50,931 nt of DNA, taken from the NCBI GenBank assembly GCA_000320545.1, contig ADNK01000145.1, positions 1 to 50,931 of the forward strand, written 5' to 3'. The notes under the pieces are model-generated. The model ran no database searches. It was not told the origin of the DNA and saw only the letters and a program-made list of their open reading frames with translations. This document shows, piece after piece, positions 26,388 to 39,278 of the stretch. This DNA is from Bigelowiella natans CCMP2755. Taxonomy: Eukaryota; Protista; Cercozoa. Both the position numbers and the translations under genes were made by a program. The stretch's first letter is position 1. Each line of letters opens with the position of its first letter.

Positions 26388-26808
26388 ATGGGGGGCAGAT
26401 CAAGCAGATCTAAGGGAGCACAGGTCAAGGTAGAAGTGAAACGCGCGGCCAATAGGAAGTACAACAGGCGTGCCAATGCTGGTGGCAGCAGCAGCTTTGT
26501 AGACACTACTACGTTCACACCACTTACCGCCGAGCAGAAAGGGATAGAGGTATTCTGAATACAGCGTTTCTCTGGAAAATAAAGTGAATTATATGCCGGT
26601 TAGGTGGCATGATGAATGTTGCTGCGAACGATATGATGTCGAATTAGTGGATAATTGCAATAAGTAACGGTGTGTTGATGATTTGAACAAAAGGACGACA
26701 TTCAAATGTTTATTGTCATGGCCACGACATCGAAATCGCCGGCACCTAAGAGTCTCTCTTCAGCACAAAATGTTACCGAAAGTGTTCCGCAGGTAAATCA
26801 ATCACTTT

Positions 26809-26846
<38 letters not shown>

Positions 26847-28235
26847 GTATGTGGTAGTTCTCGAAGCAGCAATCAGATCTCTATCGGGAACAGTGGACTA
26901 CGGAACGAAGTTCGACCGAAATTGACCCTGCTTATCGAAAAGCTTTCAACATGATTTGCCTGAACCCTGAATGGATTGCACACACAAAGTCTATAGCGGT
27001 GCTGCGCTCCTTGAGTGGATTTACTGAGGACCGCAAGGACATGAAATCGGCTCTTGTCCATCAAAACTTCTTTAATAGCACGATAAGGAGGGTCATTCAA
27101 AAAGCTTACAAGCTCACTAACGAAAAAGATGCTATGACACAGAAGTGTATAATCTGTGGCGAGATGATCTACCCAACGCTCACAAGACTATGGCATAAAT
27201 TACAATGGCGGCGACCGTACATGACGTTGGGTTTCCAGTACTGGATGCATCTTGGTCAACCGGACGAACTTGTAGCGAAGTTAAGTGGTGTAACGGAGAG
27301 GGGGGCTAGATGCCTTTCGGTCCAGCGACAAGCCTTCGACTTGGTCGGTAGATGAATGAAAGGCGTACTGTTCAGCAGAAAGTTGTATTAAATGCGTACT
27401 ATTTGTTTAGTAGAAAGTCGTGGGAATGAAAAGGAACTAGAGAGGAAAGAAATTCAGGAGTGATATTTAGATATCAATTAATACTTTTAAGCAGGAAATT
27501 GAGAAAGGATTTTTTCCTGCTCGCTCACGAATGTCCGCTAATTAACATTACTAATATTTTTAAACCATCCAATGTTATTAGGTAGTGAAATATGCCGATT
27601 TTCTTGTCTGGTCTTCAAGAAAGAAAAATACGGAGCGGCCAGCAGTAGTGAACGCAAGCGATACCATGTCAATAGAAGATGCACGGGAAAAGTGTCGTGA
27701 AATATTTGAAGAGTAAGTAGTCATGCTGATGATAGTTTTCCTCATTGTAGCTTTTGAATCATATGTGTTGTACTGGGACAATATACGCACGTATATACTC
27801 TATAAGAGATGGAGAGACAAGTGCAGTGAGGAATTGAAGGGATAAATATCAATGCAGGTACATCGATTTGCACAAGCTGATGGCCTTCGACTCAGCATTT
27901 CGAGAGCCGACGACAGCGTAAAACCACATTTTGTGTTATAGATGAATGTTGGCAATGATTGCAATTGTTCGTTGTCGCCTTTTTTGATGAAATGAACAAG
28001 TATGATGATTACTGGGTAGAGTGAAAATCACTCTTACGATAGGAGGATAGTGATGACGATGATGATGATGATGATGATGGTGATGAGAGTAGTGGTCTTT
28101 TATCTCCTTTTCATTTGCAGCTACTATATTGATCAAAACCGGATGGGCTATCCAAAATACTTCACAAATCATGGCTTAAATTGGTGACGTAGCTACGAAT
28201 TTTGTGTTCTCACAAAGCTCTTGCGATACTTAAAT

Positions 28236-28275
<40 letters not shown>

Positions 28276-29727
28276 TTCATATGACACACATAAATTACAT
28301 TTTCATTCTATGTCTATTCACCCACCAAGATACTCTCTCAAATGTGCGGGCGCACACACACCAAACACACAAGCACGAACGTACAGACAACGCTGATAAT
28401 TACATCCAAGGCATCCCTTCCACTCAAAACTCCTGGATCTATACTCACTCCATCGTGAAAATTCTTACACTAAAATAGGTGGCTAGCGAGCATAATGTCA
28501 ACTTTGGGGATGCAGCTACCATTACTCCCCTTGCTCAACGACACCGGCTCAGGCGGTACATGCGCGTTCTGGCACGCCCCCAGAACTAACAAGTTATGGG
28601 CAGAGTTCAAAAAACCTGAAAATTTCGGTCGGAAGTTCCACGCGATACCGGCGCTCAAGAGGCTAAAGCGCAACTCATTTGGCAGTACGATTATGAGTCA
28701 GAATGACTTTTTTGGAGTGAAGTTTCAGCCTTCCCCACTGAAGTTTGCTACGGCGATGCTGAGCGAGAGGAATCACGTCAAGAAGAAATACGCTCTCTAT
28801 CTGGAAAGGCTTTGCCACTTTTTCACGAAGGAGTTCTTCTGCGCAAAGGCAATTGCCGTGCTTATGCAAGAGGTAAGGGCTGTGACAAACCGATTGTATG
28901 TATGAGTGTTTCTTGGAGCTGTTTTCGGGACTTAAATCGGAACAACATCCCGAATTTAAAATTCTCCGTCAGAAGTAATGTAGATAGTCTTTATGACTCC
29001 AAACAGGTAGTGGAGTGTGGGAGAGGGGAGAAAGATTTTCACTGTTTAATCATCTTTTGTTGTCTGAAATAGCATGTTGTATGGTATTGAAGAGCTACCG
29101 TTTTTATTTTATATTTGTCATTCTTGTGCTTTTCCCGTTCAGAATGCGGATAACCCCCAGCTATTGGGCTTCAGGAGTTGTATGGAGGTGATCTTCACTG
29201 AATACCGGACTAAAGAAGGGGTGGAGGAGGAGACGTTCCAGGAGTACGTGTACGATGAAGAGAACTCGAGGTGTCGTGCTGCGTTAATTTTTGGCCTGCG
29301 CTCTATCAACACATATTTAACATTCACACACACACACACACAGACATACAGTATGTGCACTTATAAATATTGTTCATGTATGCATTGTTGTATATGTACG
29401 CTTGTGTGTATGAGCATTTTGATGATCGTCTTCATGTTCAGGTACGACATTGACAGAGTAAACAACATACTCTGGTACGTGGGCATCACAAAAGATAAAG
29501 TTGACATAAAGGAACGCAAACAAGCTCGCCGCGAATCCAAAAAACAACCAGTGAAACGATCAGGATATAAAGGCTCGAAGGAATTGCTCGTAGAGGTGGA
29601 GAAGTTAGTGTCTGAAGGAAAGTCGCAGATGCAGATCTTCCATGCCTGTCGTGGGAAGAAACTTGGCACTGGAGCTGAGATTTTTGCTGCAGTCCAAGAG
29701 GCAAATTTCAGAAAAACAGCGACCTAG
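26388..29727 (+). CDS. Multi-exon hypothetical protein with a putative N-myristoylated N-terminus (MGGRSS)
   Basis: Exons: MGGRSSRSKG..QKGIE|gt; ..DLYREQW..AFNMICLNPEW..QAFDL (ORF 26951-27355); VVKYADFLVW..; YYIDQNRMGYPKYF..; WLASIMSTLGMQLP..VLMQE (ORF 28495-28905); NADNPQLLG..ENSR|YDIDRVNNILWYVGITK..KTAT*. No family recognised. Confidence 0.6.
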
Positions 29728-29880
29728 CAAACGCTAGCAGCGGGTATTGGATCGATACTATAACCTTTTGTTTCTCTCGATAACTTGCTGTAGCAGGCTC
29801 TGTGCAAACGAGGCGAGAGTGAGTGTACAATAATTGCGGATAGGAACAATGGTTCAATGGCGTACTAGCGCCTAAATGTT

Positions 29881-30720
29881 CTGACTCATCAACAAAGCGT
29901 CGCAATCGCTCGCATGGGCTGCAAATGCATGAACACAAAGCACCTAAGATGATCACATGGCAAGGGTCAGAGATTTGGCACCAACGATGCTCGTGAGCTC
30001 TCATTGTTTGTTCACAAATGCATGCTTGAAATATTGAAATGATTGACAACAAGCTGCAAGACATGAAGGCGTGCACGTGCTTCTTCGCTTGCACCACAAT
30101 GTTTGCAAGGTGAACATGGATCATGGAGGCAGCGGTAGCAAACTGTGCCATTCGTTCATTGCAACCCAATGTTGTTCATTTTTTTTTGCCAAAGGCAGCA
30201 ATTCGCATGCACGCCTAGCTAGCTAGACGTGCTAGCGTGTGTCACGCTGTCTAGCTGTGCGACTTGCAAAGTGCAAAACTTCGCTTTTGACAAACCACGA
30301 TGGTCTGAATCATGAGCATCATCGCCTGTGATTCTTGAAAGCACGCGTGCCACCGCTGTGCCGCCGCTTTGAAAACTCCCGCAATTGCAACTTGTGTGAC
30401 GTGCACGTCACAATTTGTTTCTTTGTGCATTTCTGTGTTGATCTCCATTGTTTTTTTGGGAGGTGTGCCCTGGTGATTCGATTTTGCTAGACCTCCAAAG
30501 TGTGATGAATTTGCACCTTTCTGACCATCGTTTCGCAGCACGTTTTGTGTGGACGTTTGTTCTGTTGTCTGTCATTGCCAAATTGGTCCCACCTAGCCAT
30601 GCTCTTGCCACTGCCTCTTCCTTGGAGTCAATGAGAACTGTAGACACAGGGTTGTGTGGCAGCTGTGTGGCAGCTTTTCCAACATTGACTGTCATTCACG
30701 AAATCATCGAGCGGCAGAGC
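29881..30720. other. TpA-depleted, TG/CA-rich intergenic island (possibly a decayed or hypermutated element)
   Basis: Manual count gives 11 TpA in 840 bp, 7 of them in CTAG. TpA-rich sequence returns abruptly at 30721. Confidence 0.75.
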
Positions 30721-31374
30721 AACTATATAATATATACTGTGTCTATTGTAGCAAAGAATGAATGAATGAAGCAGTTCCCTAGGAGCGGTTGAAAGGAACA
30801 TCATAGGTCACAATGGACATGGGCCGAGCTTCTTCTTCTTCCCTCGACGACACATAAAACCATGATGTTTTTGTACTACGACATACACAATTCTTTCCCT
30901 TTCTTGCGGTCCTTTTATCACGGAAAAAAGGCGAGAAATGGCATGGATATTCTTCTCGGGGTGATGTGTTTTCCTCAAATATGCACCAGTTCCCAAAATA
31001 TCCCATCTTACGCCAGAGGAATGTATGCGAATATATTCAATGCGACATACTTTATGACATGTCTTAGGCAAATATGTGCACCGCTTTCTCGGCTGCTTCA
31101 GCCAGGAAGCTTCTCTCATCGACAAAGAGTGCGAAGGAGTTGCAAATTTTGATGTCGCAACAGATAAAATAGCCTGCAGTTGGCATGTGTTTTTGTTGTA
31201 CTATCGATTTCCATCATCATCATACACTCCCACAGTCTATTCAAATAGAAGAGAGTTTCTACCTCCACCCCCTCTAGAAGAACGAAGAACAAGACGGATT
31301 AGCTGACCACCTAGAGTCATGCCAAAGGTTATTATCACGTGTGTTCGCAATAAATAATTACATAGGAAACAATA

Positions 31375-32865
31375 ATGTATCAATTTCAGAACGGTCGTCG
31401 AGAATGGACGAAGGAGGGCAGGCGTATGATGAAGAAGATCAAGAAGCTGCCTGGGAATCAAAACTGTGCCGACTGTGGACGGAAGCTACCAGATTGGGCT
31501 TCGGTGAATCTCGGAGTTTTAGTCTGTTTGGACTGCTCTGGTTGCCATCGAGGACTGGGAGTGCATATATCTAAAGTTCGTAGCGTGAAGATGGATATCT
31601 GGGAAGATGATTGGTTGGTAAACTTCATTGCTATGGGCGGCAACCTCAAGAGAAATAAAATTTACGAAGCTAAGCTAAAGCCGCGAGATAAGCTGAAGGA
31701 AGATGACAACTCGTACCGGGGAGAGTTTATCCGTGAAAAGTACGAAGCGAAAGCCTACATGAGACGCAAGGCCCGCCGTATGTCCCGAGAAGCTGAGAAG
31801 AAGAAGTCGAGATCTTCTAGACGAAGGAGAAAGTATGACAGCGATGATGACTCTGAAGACTCTGAAGATGAATCAGAAGAGGAATCCGAGGAGGAATCAG
31901 AGGAAGAATCAGAAGAGGATAGCCCCAAAAGAAAACCGCGAAGAAGAAAAAAGGCTTCGAAGAAGTCCTCGAAGAAGTTGTCCACCAAGACAAAAGCTAA
32001 GTCCAAGGCGACTAACGCTTCTTCAACCATCGCTCCAGTGATATCGGGTATGCAACAAGTTACTATCAGCAGCAACGCCCAAAAGTCGACAGGCGATGAC
32101 GACTGGGCAAATTTTGACGAGGATTTCGCAAATGCAAGCAATTCCACTCAGCCACCTAACGTGCAACAGCAGACCAGCACGGGAAGCTTTGAAGCTGATT
32201 TCTCCAATTTCGACACCCAATTTCAACAACAAGGGAACAGTAGCACTCCAGCTGTGAATGCCACTCCTCAGATACCGCGTCAGGCTACTGGCGATCTCTT
32301 AAACTCAGTTTTTGGAGGAGGCGAACCTGCTCCGACTGACACAAAGCAAGCGCCCCAGCAGGCACAAAATATGCCCGTGAAGAAGGAAAAGCCGAAGACA
32401 GATATTATGTCACTGTACAACGAGCCACGGCAAGCACAGATGCCGGCCATGGGAATGCAGATGGGTTATGGCGGTTACAACCAGTATGGCGGATACCAGC
32501 AGCAGCCACAGATGGTTGTCCCAAATATGGGAATGGGAGGGGGGGCAGCCTACGGTAGTAGGGGCATGGGTATGCCTATGGGAAGAGGAGGCATGATGAT
32601 GATGGGCGGTTACGGGGTACAGCAGCAGCAGCAACAGCAGCAGCAGGCCAATGTTTACATGGGAAGAGGACGAGGTAATATGATGACGCAGCAAACAGGG
32701 CGGGGCATGAATATGATGGGAACGCCGTATGGGGGTATGCAGAACACCCAAACTTATGGCGGTGGTGGTGGAGGAATGGCTCAACAGCAACCGATGGGTC
32801 GCCAGCAACAGCCAGCCCCATCCCAGAACGGTGGTGGGACCGGAAATCCGTTCTCGTTTCTGTAG
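31375..32865 (+). CDS. ArfGAP (SMAP/AGD5-like ADP-ribosylation factor GTPase-activating protein), intronless
   Basis: C4 zinc finger CADC-x16-CLDCSGCHR([11 protein letters not shown]) and FIREKYE. The tail carries DDWANF, ADFSNF, DLL, DIMSLY and a C-terminal NPF. Confidence 0.93.
   Translation: MYQFQNGRREWTKEGRRMMKKIKKLPGNQNCADCGRKLPDWASVNLGVLVCLDCSGCHRGLGVHISKVRSVKMDIWEDDWLVNFIAMGGNLKRNKIYEAKLKPRDKLKEDDNSYRGEFIREKYEAKAYMRRKARRMSREAEKKKSRSSRRRRKYDSDDDSEDSEDESEEESEEESEEESEEDSPKRKPRRRKKASKKSSKKLSTKTKAKSKATNASSTIAPVISGMQQVTISSNAQKSTGDDDWANFDEDFANASNSTQPPNVQQQTSTGSFEADFSNFDTQFQQQGNSSTPAVNATPQIPRQATGDLLNSVFGGGEPAPTDTKQAPQQAQNMPVKKEKPKTDIMSLYNEPRQAQMPAMGMQMGYGGYNQYGGYQQQPQMVVPNMGMGGGAAYGSRGMGMPMGRGGMMMMGGYGVQQQQQQQQQANVYMGRGRGNMMTQQTGRGMNMMGTPYGGMQNTQTYGGGGGGMAQQQPMGRQQQPAPSQNGGGTGNPFSFL
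31870..31917 (+). repeat. 12-bp coding repeat x4 (ESEE) in the ArfGAP acidic linker
   Basis: gaatcagaagag gaatccgaggag gaatcagaggaa gaatcagaagag. Confidence 0.85.
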
Positions 32866-33697
32866 ATTAATTGGGTGAGTGTGTATGCATTCTTCCAGCC
32901 ACCCTGCACCTTGCTAGTAGAACAACGGCCACACTGTTTAAGAGAAACAGTTATGAGGGCTTCTTGGGTTTGTATGATTATCATGTTATCGTATGCGGTA
33001 GCCCTGGCTAGCCCGCGGCGCGGAGCCGCACAAAGGGCACGGACACTTGCGTTCCTATGCATACAGCGCGATCGATTGTTCGAGCACATCTGCGATGTGC
33101 CATCGTGCTCACGCGACCCTCGATCAATTATTTATAATAGGACGTTGACGGTGCAAAACAAGCTCGTTCATGTTTGAAAGCTTGCATTGCGAACAAGCTA
33201 GCCAGTGAGTACACCCGCGTGATGACGTGCTAGCGTGGTGATATAATATAAGCACCTGCCTGCAAGCATGTTACTCACTTGCCACATCTAGACATGCTAG
33301 CATGCATGCATGCGATGCATTATAGCATGCTATGGCTCAACATTTGCGCTCTTTCTAGCTTTGACATACATTGCTAGATTGGGTGGATCTGCGATATTAC
33401 ACAATAGTTTACGACGTTGCAAATCTCGAATTGATGATAACGCAGCGTTCAAGTTGCGAAGCTAGAAAGCCCAACTAGCCAATGTGTCCACTACGTGCTG
33501 CATGATGGGTGCATGCATTGTGAACATGTACATAGTTTCCAATGATGATGCTGAAGCAAGCTAGCAAGGCTGGCAAAAAAGGATTTGCAAAAGAAATATT
33601 GCTCTTGAACCAAATGTGTAGCAATGGTTGTGCACTTTGAGGAAAGCCGTAGATCTGGCTAAAATGGCTACTTGCCCCTCTGTAACTCTTTTACTTC

Positions 33698-34198
33698 TCA
33701 GATGTAATCGACATAGTGAAGGTCACGCTTCGTAGGCTCATCGAACTGAGCCGCAAGTGCAAATCCGTGCTCCTTGACCGCCTTTCCAGTAGTATCAAGC
33801 CATTTCTTCACCGAAGCTGCCACTCCCTTAGGTGTGAATCCGAAGTACTCCATGCAGTCCTACAGAATGGGGAGCAAGTATCTTCATACTTACTATTTCT
33901 ACCACCACCTTCTATTCTTCTATCTAAATTGTCTAGGCAAACTTTACTTTGACACTGACTAATAAAAAAAGGAGAAGGGAGAGCAGAGGGGGAGGGGGGA
34001 GAACGTACAGAGCCTTTTCCTGAGACGCCAAAGGTCTTCATTACAAGAGCGTGGTGAGCATACTTATACCACCTGAAACCGTCAATATTTCGTTTTCGGG
34101 AAAGAAAACAAGGGTTCAACAACAATTACAACAATTAGAACATATACGATTGCTATAGTGGGTTAGGCCGCAAACCGAAAGAACACAGAATGAAAGAG

Positions 34199-34237
<39 letters not shown>

Positions 34238-34424
34238 TTTCGTCGTCGTGTTACTATAGTAGTTCTCCTCTTATTGTTCTCCTATGATTACAACTGTTAC
34301 TGGTGGTTGCAATTGTTGTAGTAGTAGTAGTTGTAGTAGTAGTAGTAGTAGTAGTAGCAGCAGCTACTTACTTACAACTACTACCGTCATCACTTTACTC
34401 CTTGCTACTATTACTACTACCACC

Positions 34425-34456
<32 letters not shown>

Positions 34457-34698
34457 ACTACTGCTACACCTACCCTGAGGCAGCAGCCATTTCAACGGCG
34501 ATGACAGGGGTTTTGAAGGGCAGGACCTTCCTCCGGTACTCGATCGGCTGCTCGTCAAACAGCTTGGCGCACGGCATCGAAACGATGGTGAACTTTCCAT
34601 CCATCAGCTTCGCAGCTTCCACGCACGTAGAGACTTCAGAACCAGTAGCAATCAGCACCGCATCGGGGTTCTGCAGGAGAGATAGATCGATAGATAGT

Positions 34699-34741
<43 letters not shown>

Positions 34742-35118
34742 CAACCATTGTATGAAAACAACGGCCTACTACTACTAATCCACTTAATCATTAGAATGAA
34801 CCTTCTCTTCAACGATAACGTACGCGCCCTTAGATACGCCATCGATGCTGGTTCCTGCTAGCTGTGGCAGATTCTGTAGATGATTGTGGTAATGATGATG
34901 ATGATGATGATGATGATGATGTTAGTGATGATGAAATGATGAGGATGATGATAGAAGGGGGCGATGATTTACGAGAGTGAATTCAGATGCTATTGACAGG
35001 TAGAAGCAGGAGGACAAGCAGCAAGCGTGGGTGAAATTACTACTCCGACTCCTTATGTAACAGGAGAGTGAACAGGTGTTGTTTTTCTTCAAAGTCGTGC
35101 CGTATTTGTAAGAAGAAG

Positions 35119-35156
<38 letters not shown>

Positions 35157-35921
35157 TTACCTGTCTGCTAAGTGCGAGTACGGAAGGGGTATCCTTTTGC
35201 TCCATAGCGACCTTGTAGGCTCCACTTGTCTCGTTTCCTTCGCACATAATTGCACCAGTAAGATTCATTTAATTCGCCGAGAATAAACTCAACCGATGAT
35301 GATGCTAAATTGCGAATTTTGGCACTCAGCACCATTTCAAGTAATCCCTATTTCCCCCCCTCCTCCTCCGCCTCTTCCTCCTCCCTCTTTCTCCTCCTGC
35401 TACTCGACAAGAAGCTCTACTTGACACAGTAGTAAACTATTGCAACTAGTACTACTAATACCGTCTGCAGGACGGAACATGAGGACGTTGGGAGTGGCAC
35501 GGACCATGTTCACCTAAAAAGAAACCAAAGAATCAAACAAAAAAAGAATCAGAAAGTAAGAAAGAAAAAGAGCCACAATTGTTACAAGAACAACTACTAC
35601 TACTACTACCACTACTGCTACTACTACTACTTGTACTACTTCTACTCCTATATATCCTAGCAAGAGAATAGCACTTACTTGCTCAATCGGCTGATGGGTT
35701 GGGCCATCCTCTCCAATACCAAGAGAGTCGTGGGTCATGATGAAGATGTGCTTGTGTCCTATAGTAGTATCAATCCAACGGGAGGGAAAGGGAGAGGGAG
35801 AGGGAGAGGAGGGGGAAAAGAAGGAGGAGGAGGACGAGGAGGAGGAGGAGGAGAAATAATATGCAAGGCTATTAGCAACATCATCAACATTATCATCATC
35901 GATTATCATCATCGATCACCG

Positions 35922-35954
<33 letters not shown>

Positions 35955-38900
35955 ATTGTGTTTCTCTGATAAGAAACTAGTAGCAATTAGGGCACACAGC
36001 GGCAGCTACTGCCGGCTTTCTTTCTTTCTGGCTTTGCTCACTATTACTATCATGTTGAAGCTGCTGCTACTTCCTACCACTGAGAGCGGCCAATCGTACA
36101 GCGGGGAACATGTACTCGATGAACGTCAAGAATGTTGCAGTGAAAGGTACAATCCCTGTGAGAAGCCAACAATGCTGATTGAGTGTCTTGGAAGGGTGTG
36201 GTAGTAAAGGAAGGCAAGCCGGGGAGCCGGGGGGAGGGGGCGACGGGTGTATCATATTGTTTTGTCAAATTCACTCCCTCTCTCTCTCGCTCTCTCTCTC
36301 TCTCTGTCTCTCTCTCTCTCTCTTATAATTCACGAACACACAAACAATACTAATATGCATTGACCTCCGTAAGCGTGAAGTCCATTGCCAATAGCTCCCA
36401 TTCCATGCTCGCGAACGCCAAAGCGAAGGTACCTAGATATCGTATATTGACGAAGGTGTTTGTTTCCATCACACATAACCCTTGCTGCTGTTGCTACTGC
36501 TGCTGCTCTACTACTACTACTACTGCTACTACAAATGACTAACAACTATTCCATCTTCACACACACACACACACACACACATACAACTTTCTTCTTCTCC
36601 TCCTCCTTCTCACCTTCCCTCTGGAGTGTTGTGCTGGTAATCTCCGGAGCATTTAAGGGCGGTCTAAGCATATGTTGTTATTATTATTATTATTATTGTT
36701 ATTATTTTTGTTATTATTTTCTCCATTTTCATGCGGACCAGTACCAGGCAGCATCATCATTTTGTTATTATGTCTTATTATTTCCTTCTAAAAACAATCG
36801 CAGCAGCAGCAGCACAGAGCACACAATAGTGGTCATCATTCGGTAGGTCCAAATAAGCACCCACCCACCTTGTTAGAAGGTGTCAGATCAGCAGATCCCC
36901 CGATGAGCTCCGGCATAATAGCGGCCAGTGCGTTGAGCGCAACTCCAGACAAAGAGCGGGTTGCAACCGCCTTGTCGCCCGGCTTGTAGCTTGGGAGGAC
37001 CTTCTCCCAGTCGGCTGGGAGTTCGTGTGCGAACCTGCGCTTAATCTCCGCAGCCTCCTTGGGATATTTAGCCGTGTATCCAGCGATCATCTTATCGTAA
37101 TCTGCGACCATTTTCTTGCCTTCGTCAGCCTTCTTGCGGTATGCGGATAGAACCTGATGATACAGATACAACAACAACATCATTAGCAACAACGACAACA
37201 ACAACAACAACAACAAGAACAACAACGGGCTGATTCTAAGACGAAGGAGAAGAACGATGTGAGAGTGAGGGGAAAAATGAAGTTGATGTGACGCCCTCCC
37301 CCTTTTGCCTCCTCCTCCTCCTCCTCCTCCTCCTCCTCCTCCTCCTCCCCCTCCTCCCTACCTCTCCGGGAACGAAGAACCTCTCCTTTGAGTCGAATCC
37401 GAACCGTTCCTTGACCTGTGCGTGCATCATCATGCGATCAAGGGAATAGTACGATAAGAAGACAACCAACGGTTGTGGTTACAGAAGAAAGTCGAGTAGT
37501 GTGACGATTTATTTATTTATACATGCATGCATGTGAGGGGCATTAGGATGACATTGCTTGGTATTATTAAGGAGGATAAGGCAGAAGGAAGGAGTTGAGA
37601 CCTGTGCGACATCTTCATCGCCCAAAGGTGCACCGTGTACGCCGTGAGTTCCCTCTTTCTTGGAGCCAAATCCAATAACAGTCTTGCATTTGATAATCGT
37701 GGGCTTGTTGGTCTCCTGTTATAATATTATTATTATGATTATCATTATTATAATTATAATTATTTGTGCCTTGATGGTTTTTTGTGCTGGAGGCGGAACA
37801 CGTTAGTGAAATGACTACAATAATGATGGGTCTCATATTCTGGCCAATTACCTGCTGAGCGAGTACAATTGCTGCCTTGATAGCCTCAGTGTTGTAGTTC
37901 GCATCTTTGACCTTTTTTTATGTGGAAGTATATCATTAGCACAGAGAGGCTTGCGGTGCCGAACAAATTTGCGGTTTCCGCCCCTGCCCCATCATCATCA
38001 TCATCCTCATCCATTTTCAACCACCACCACCATTAAGATCCATAATTCCAATAATACCTACCTCCAATACTTGCCAACCATACGCTTCGAAACGTTTGCC
38101 AACATCTTCAGTGAAACTGAGGCTCGTGTTTCCGTCGATCGTGATGTTGTTATCGTCGTAGAGAACAACCAACTGCCAAACACAATATAGTTCATTAGCA
38201 CGTATCATTTCATAGTTTGCTTTCCTCTTTGCTCTCTGGGTACACACACGTGTGTCTGTGTGTGTGCTCTGTGTCACATTTGACTGAACTGACCTTTCCA
38301 AGGCCTAAGTGCCCAGCAAGAGAGCAAGCTTCAGAAGCCACTCCTTCCTGTAGACATCCATCCCCACAGAGGACATAGGTGTAGTTGTCGAAGACCTTGA
38401 ATCCAGGCTTGTTATAGGTAGCGGCCATGTGAGACTCCGCAATCGCCATTCCAACTGCGTTACTAATACCTACGCCCAACAGTCAGTGAGATCAACGTGC
38501 CAACAATTTCGCAGCGCTTTCTCCCATCCTTATAATCTACCGTCCCTACCCTTTCCCCTCCTCCCCCCCCCATCTCTCTCTCTCTCTCTCTTTTATTCTC
38601 CGCCACACACTCCCACTTGTAACTTTCGCATGCACATAGAAATGAAAGAAGGGGGAGAGATGTTCACACACCTTGTCCCAGGGGCCCAGTACTCACTTCG
38701 ATTCCCTTAGTTGCATGGCGTTCCGGGTGTCCGGGAGTCCTGGATTGGTTGCGATTGGAATTAAAACGTGCATATAAAGATGAGTGCAAAAGCAACGGAA
38801 GCTATTTCCACTGGTATCACCGGCTGCGGCATTTGCGAAATTTCTTGAGATCTTCCATGCTGACGCTATCATATCCGACGAGATGCATCATCAGGTATTG

Positions 38901-39278
38901 CAGGGCGCAACTATGGCCGTTGGAGAGAACGAAACGATCCTTTCCCATCTGTCATCAAGTAGCAGGAGCGATTTTAGTTTATCACCGCTGAGAGGGGATT
39001 TTGGATCATTACCCAGTCAGGATTCTTCGGGGAGTATTTCATAACATCACCCCAGAGCACATGAGCCATGGCTGCCATTCCCATGGGCGCGCCTGTCATG
39101 CCCACAAAACAACAATTATGATCAACGAAGAGAGAGCAAGGACATAGAATGCCACCAATGCAAAAATTGGGAAGCTGTGTGGAAGATACGTCAGACCTGG
39201 ATGTCCCGAGTTTGCTCTTTGCACGACATCAGCTGCAAGGGTGCGAATAGTGGCGATCTGCTTGGACTCGAGGGACAT
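33698..39278 (-). CDS. TKL: Transketolase (no obvious targeting peptide, probably cytosolic); 20 exons, 19 GT-AG introns
   Basis: Fully spliceable: [28 protein letters not shown]|[101 protein letters not shown] (TGA 33698-33700). Confidence 0.96.

Noticed and set aside
29708-30765. Several overlapping 95-153 aa ORFs on both strands
   Set aside because: They are expected once TpA loss removes TAA/TAG stops, and they show no recognisable protein motifs.
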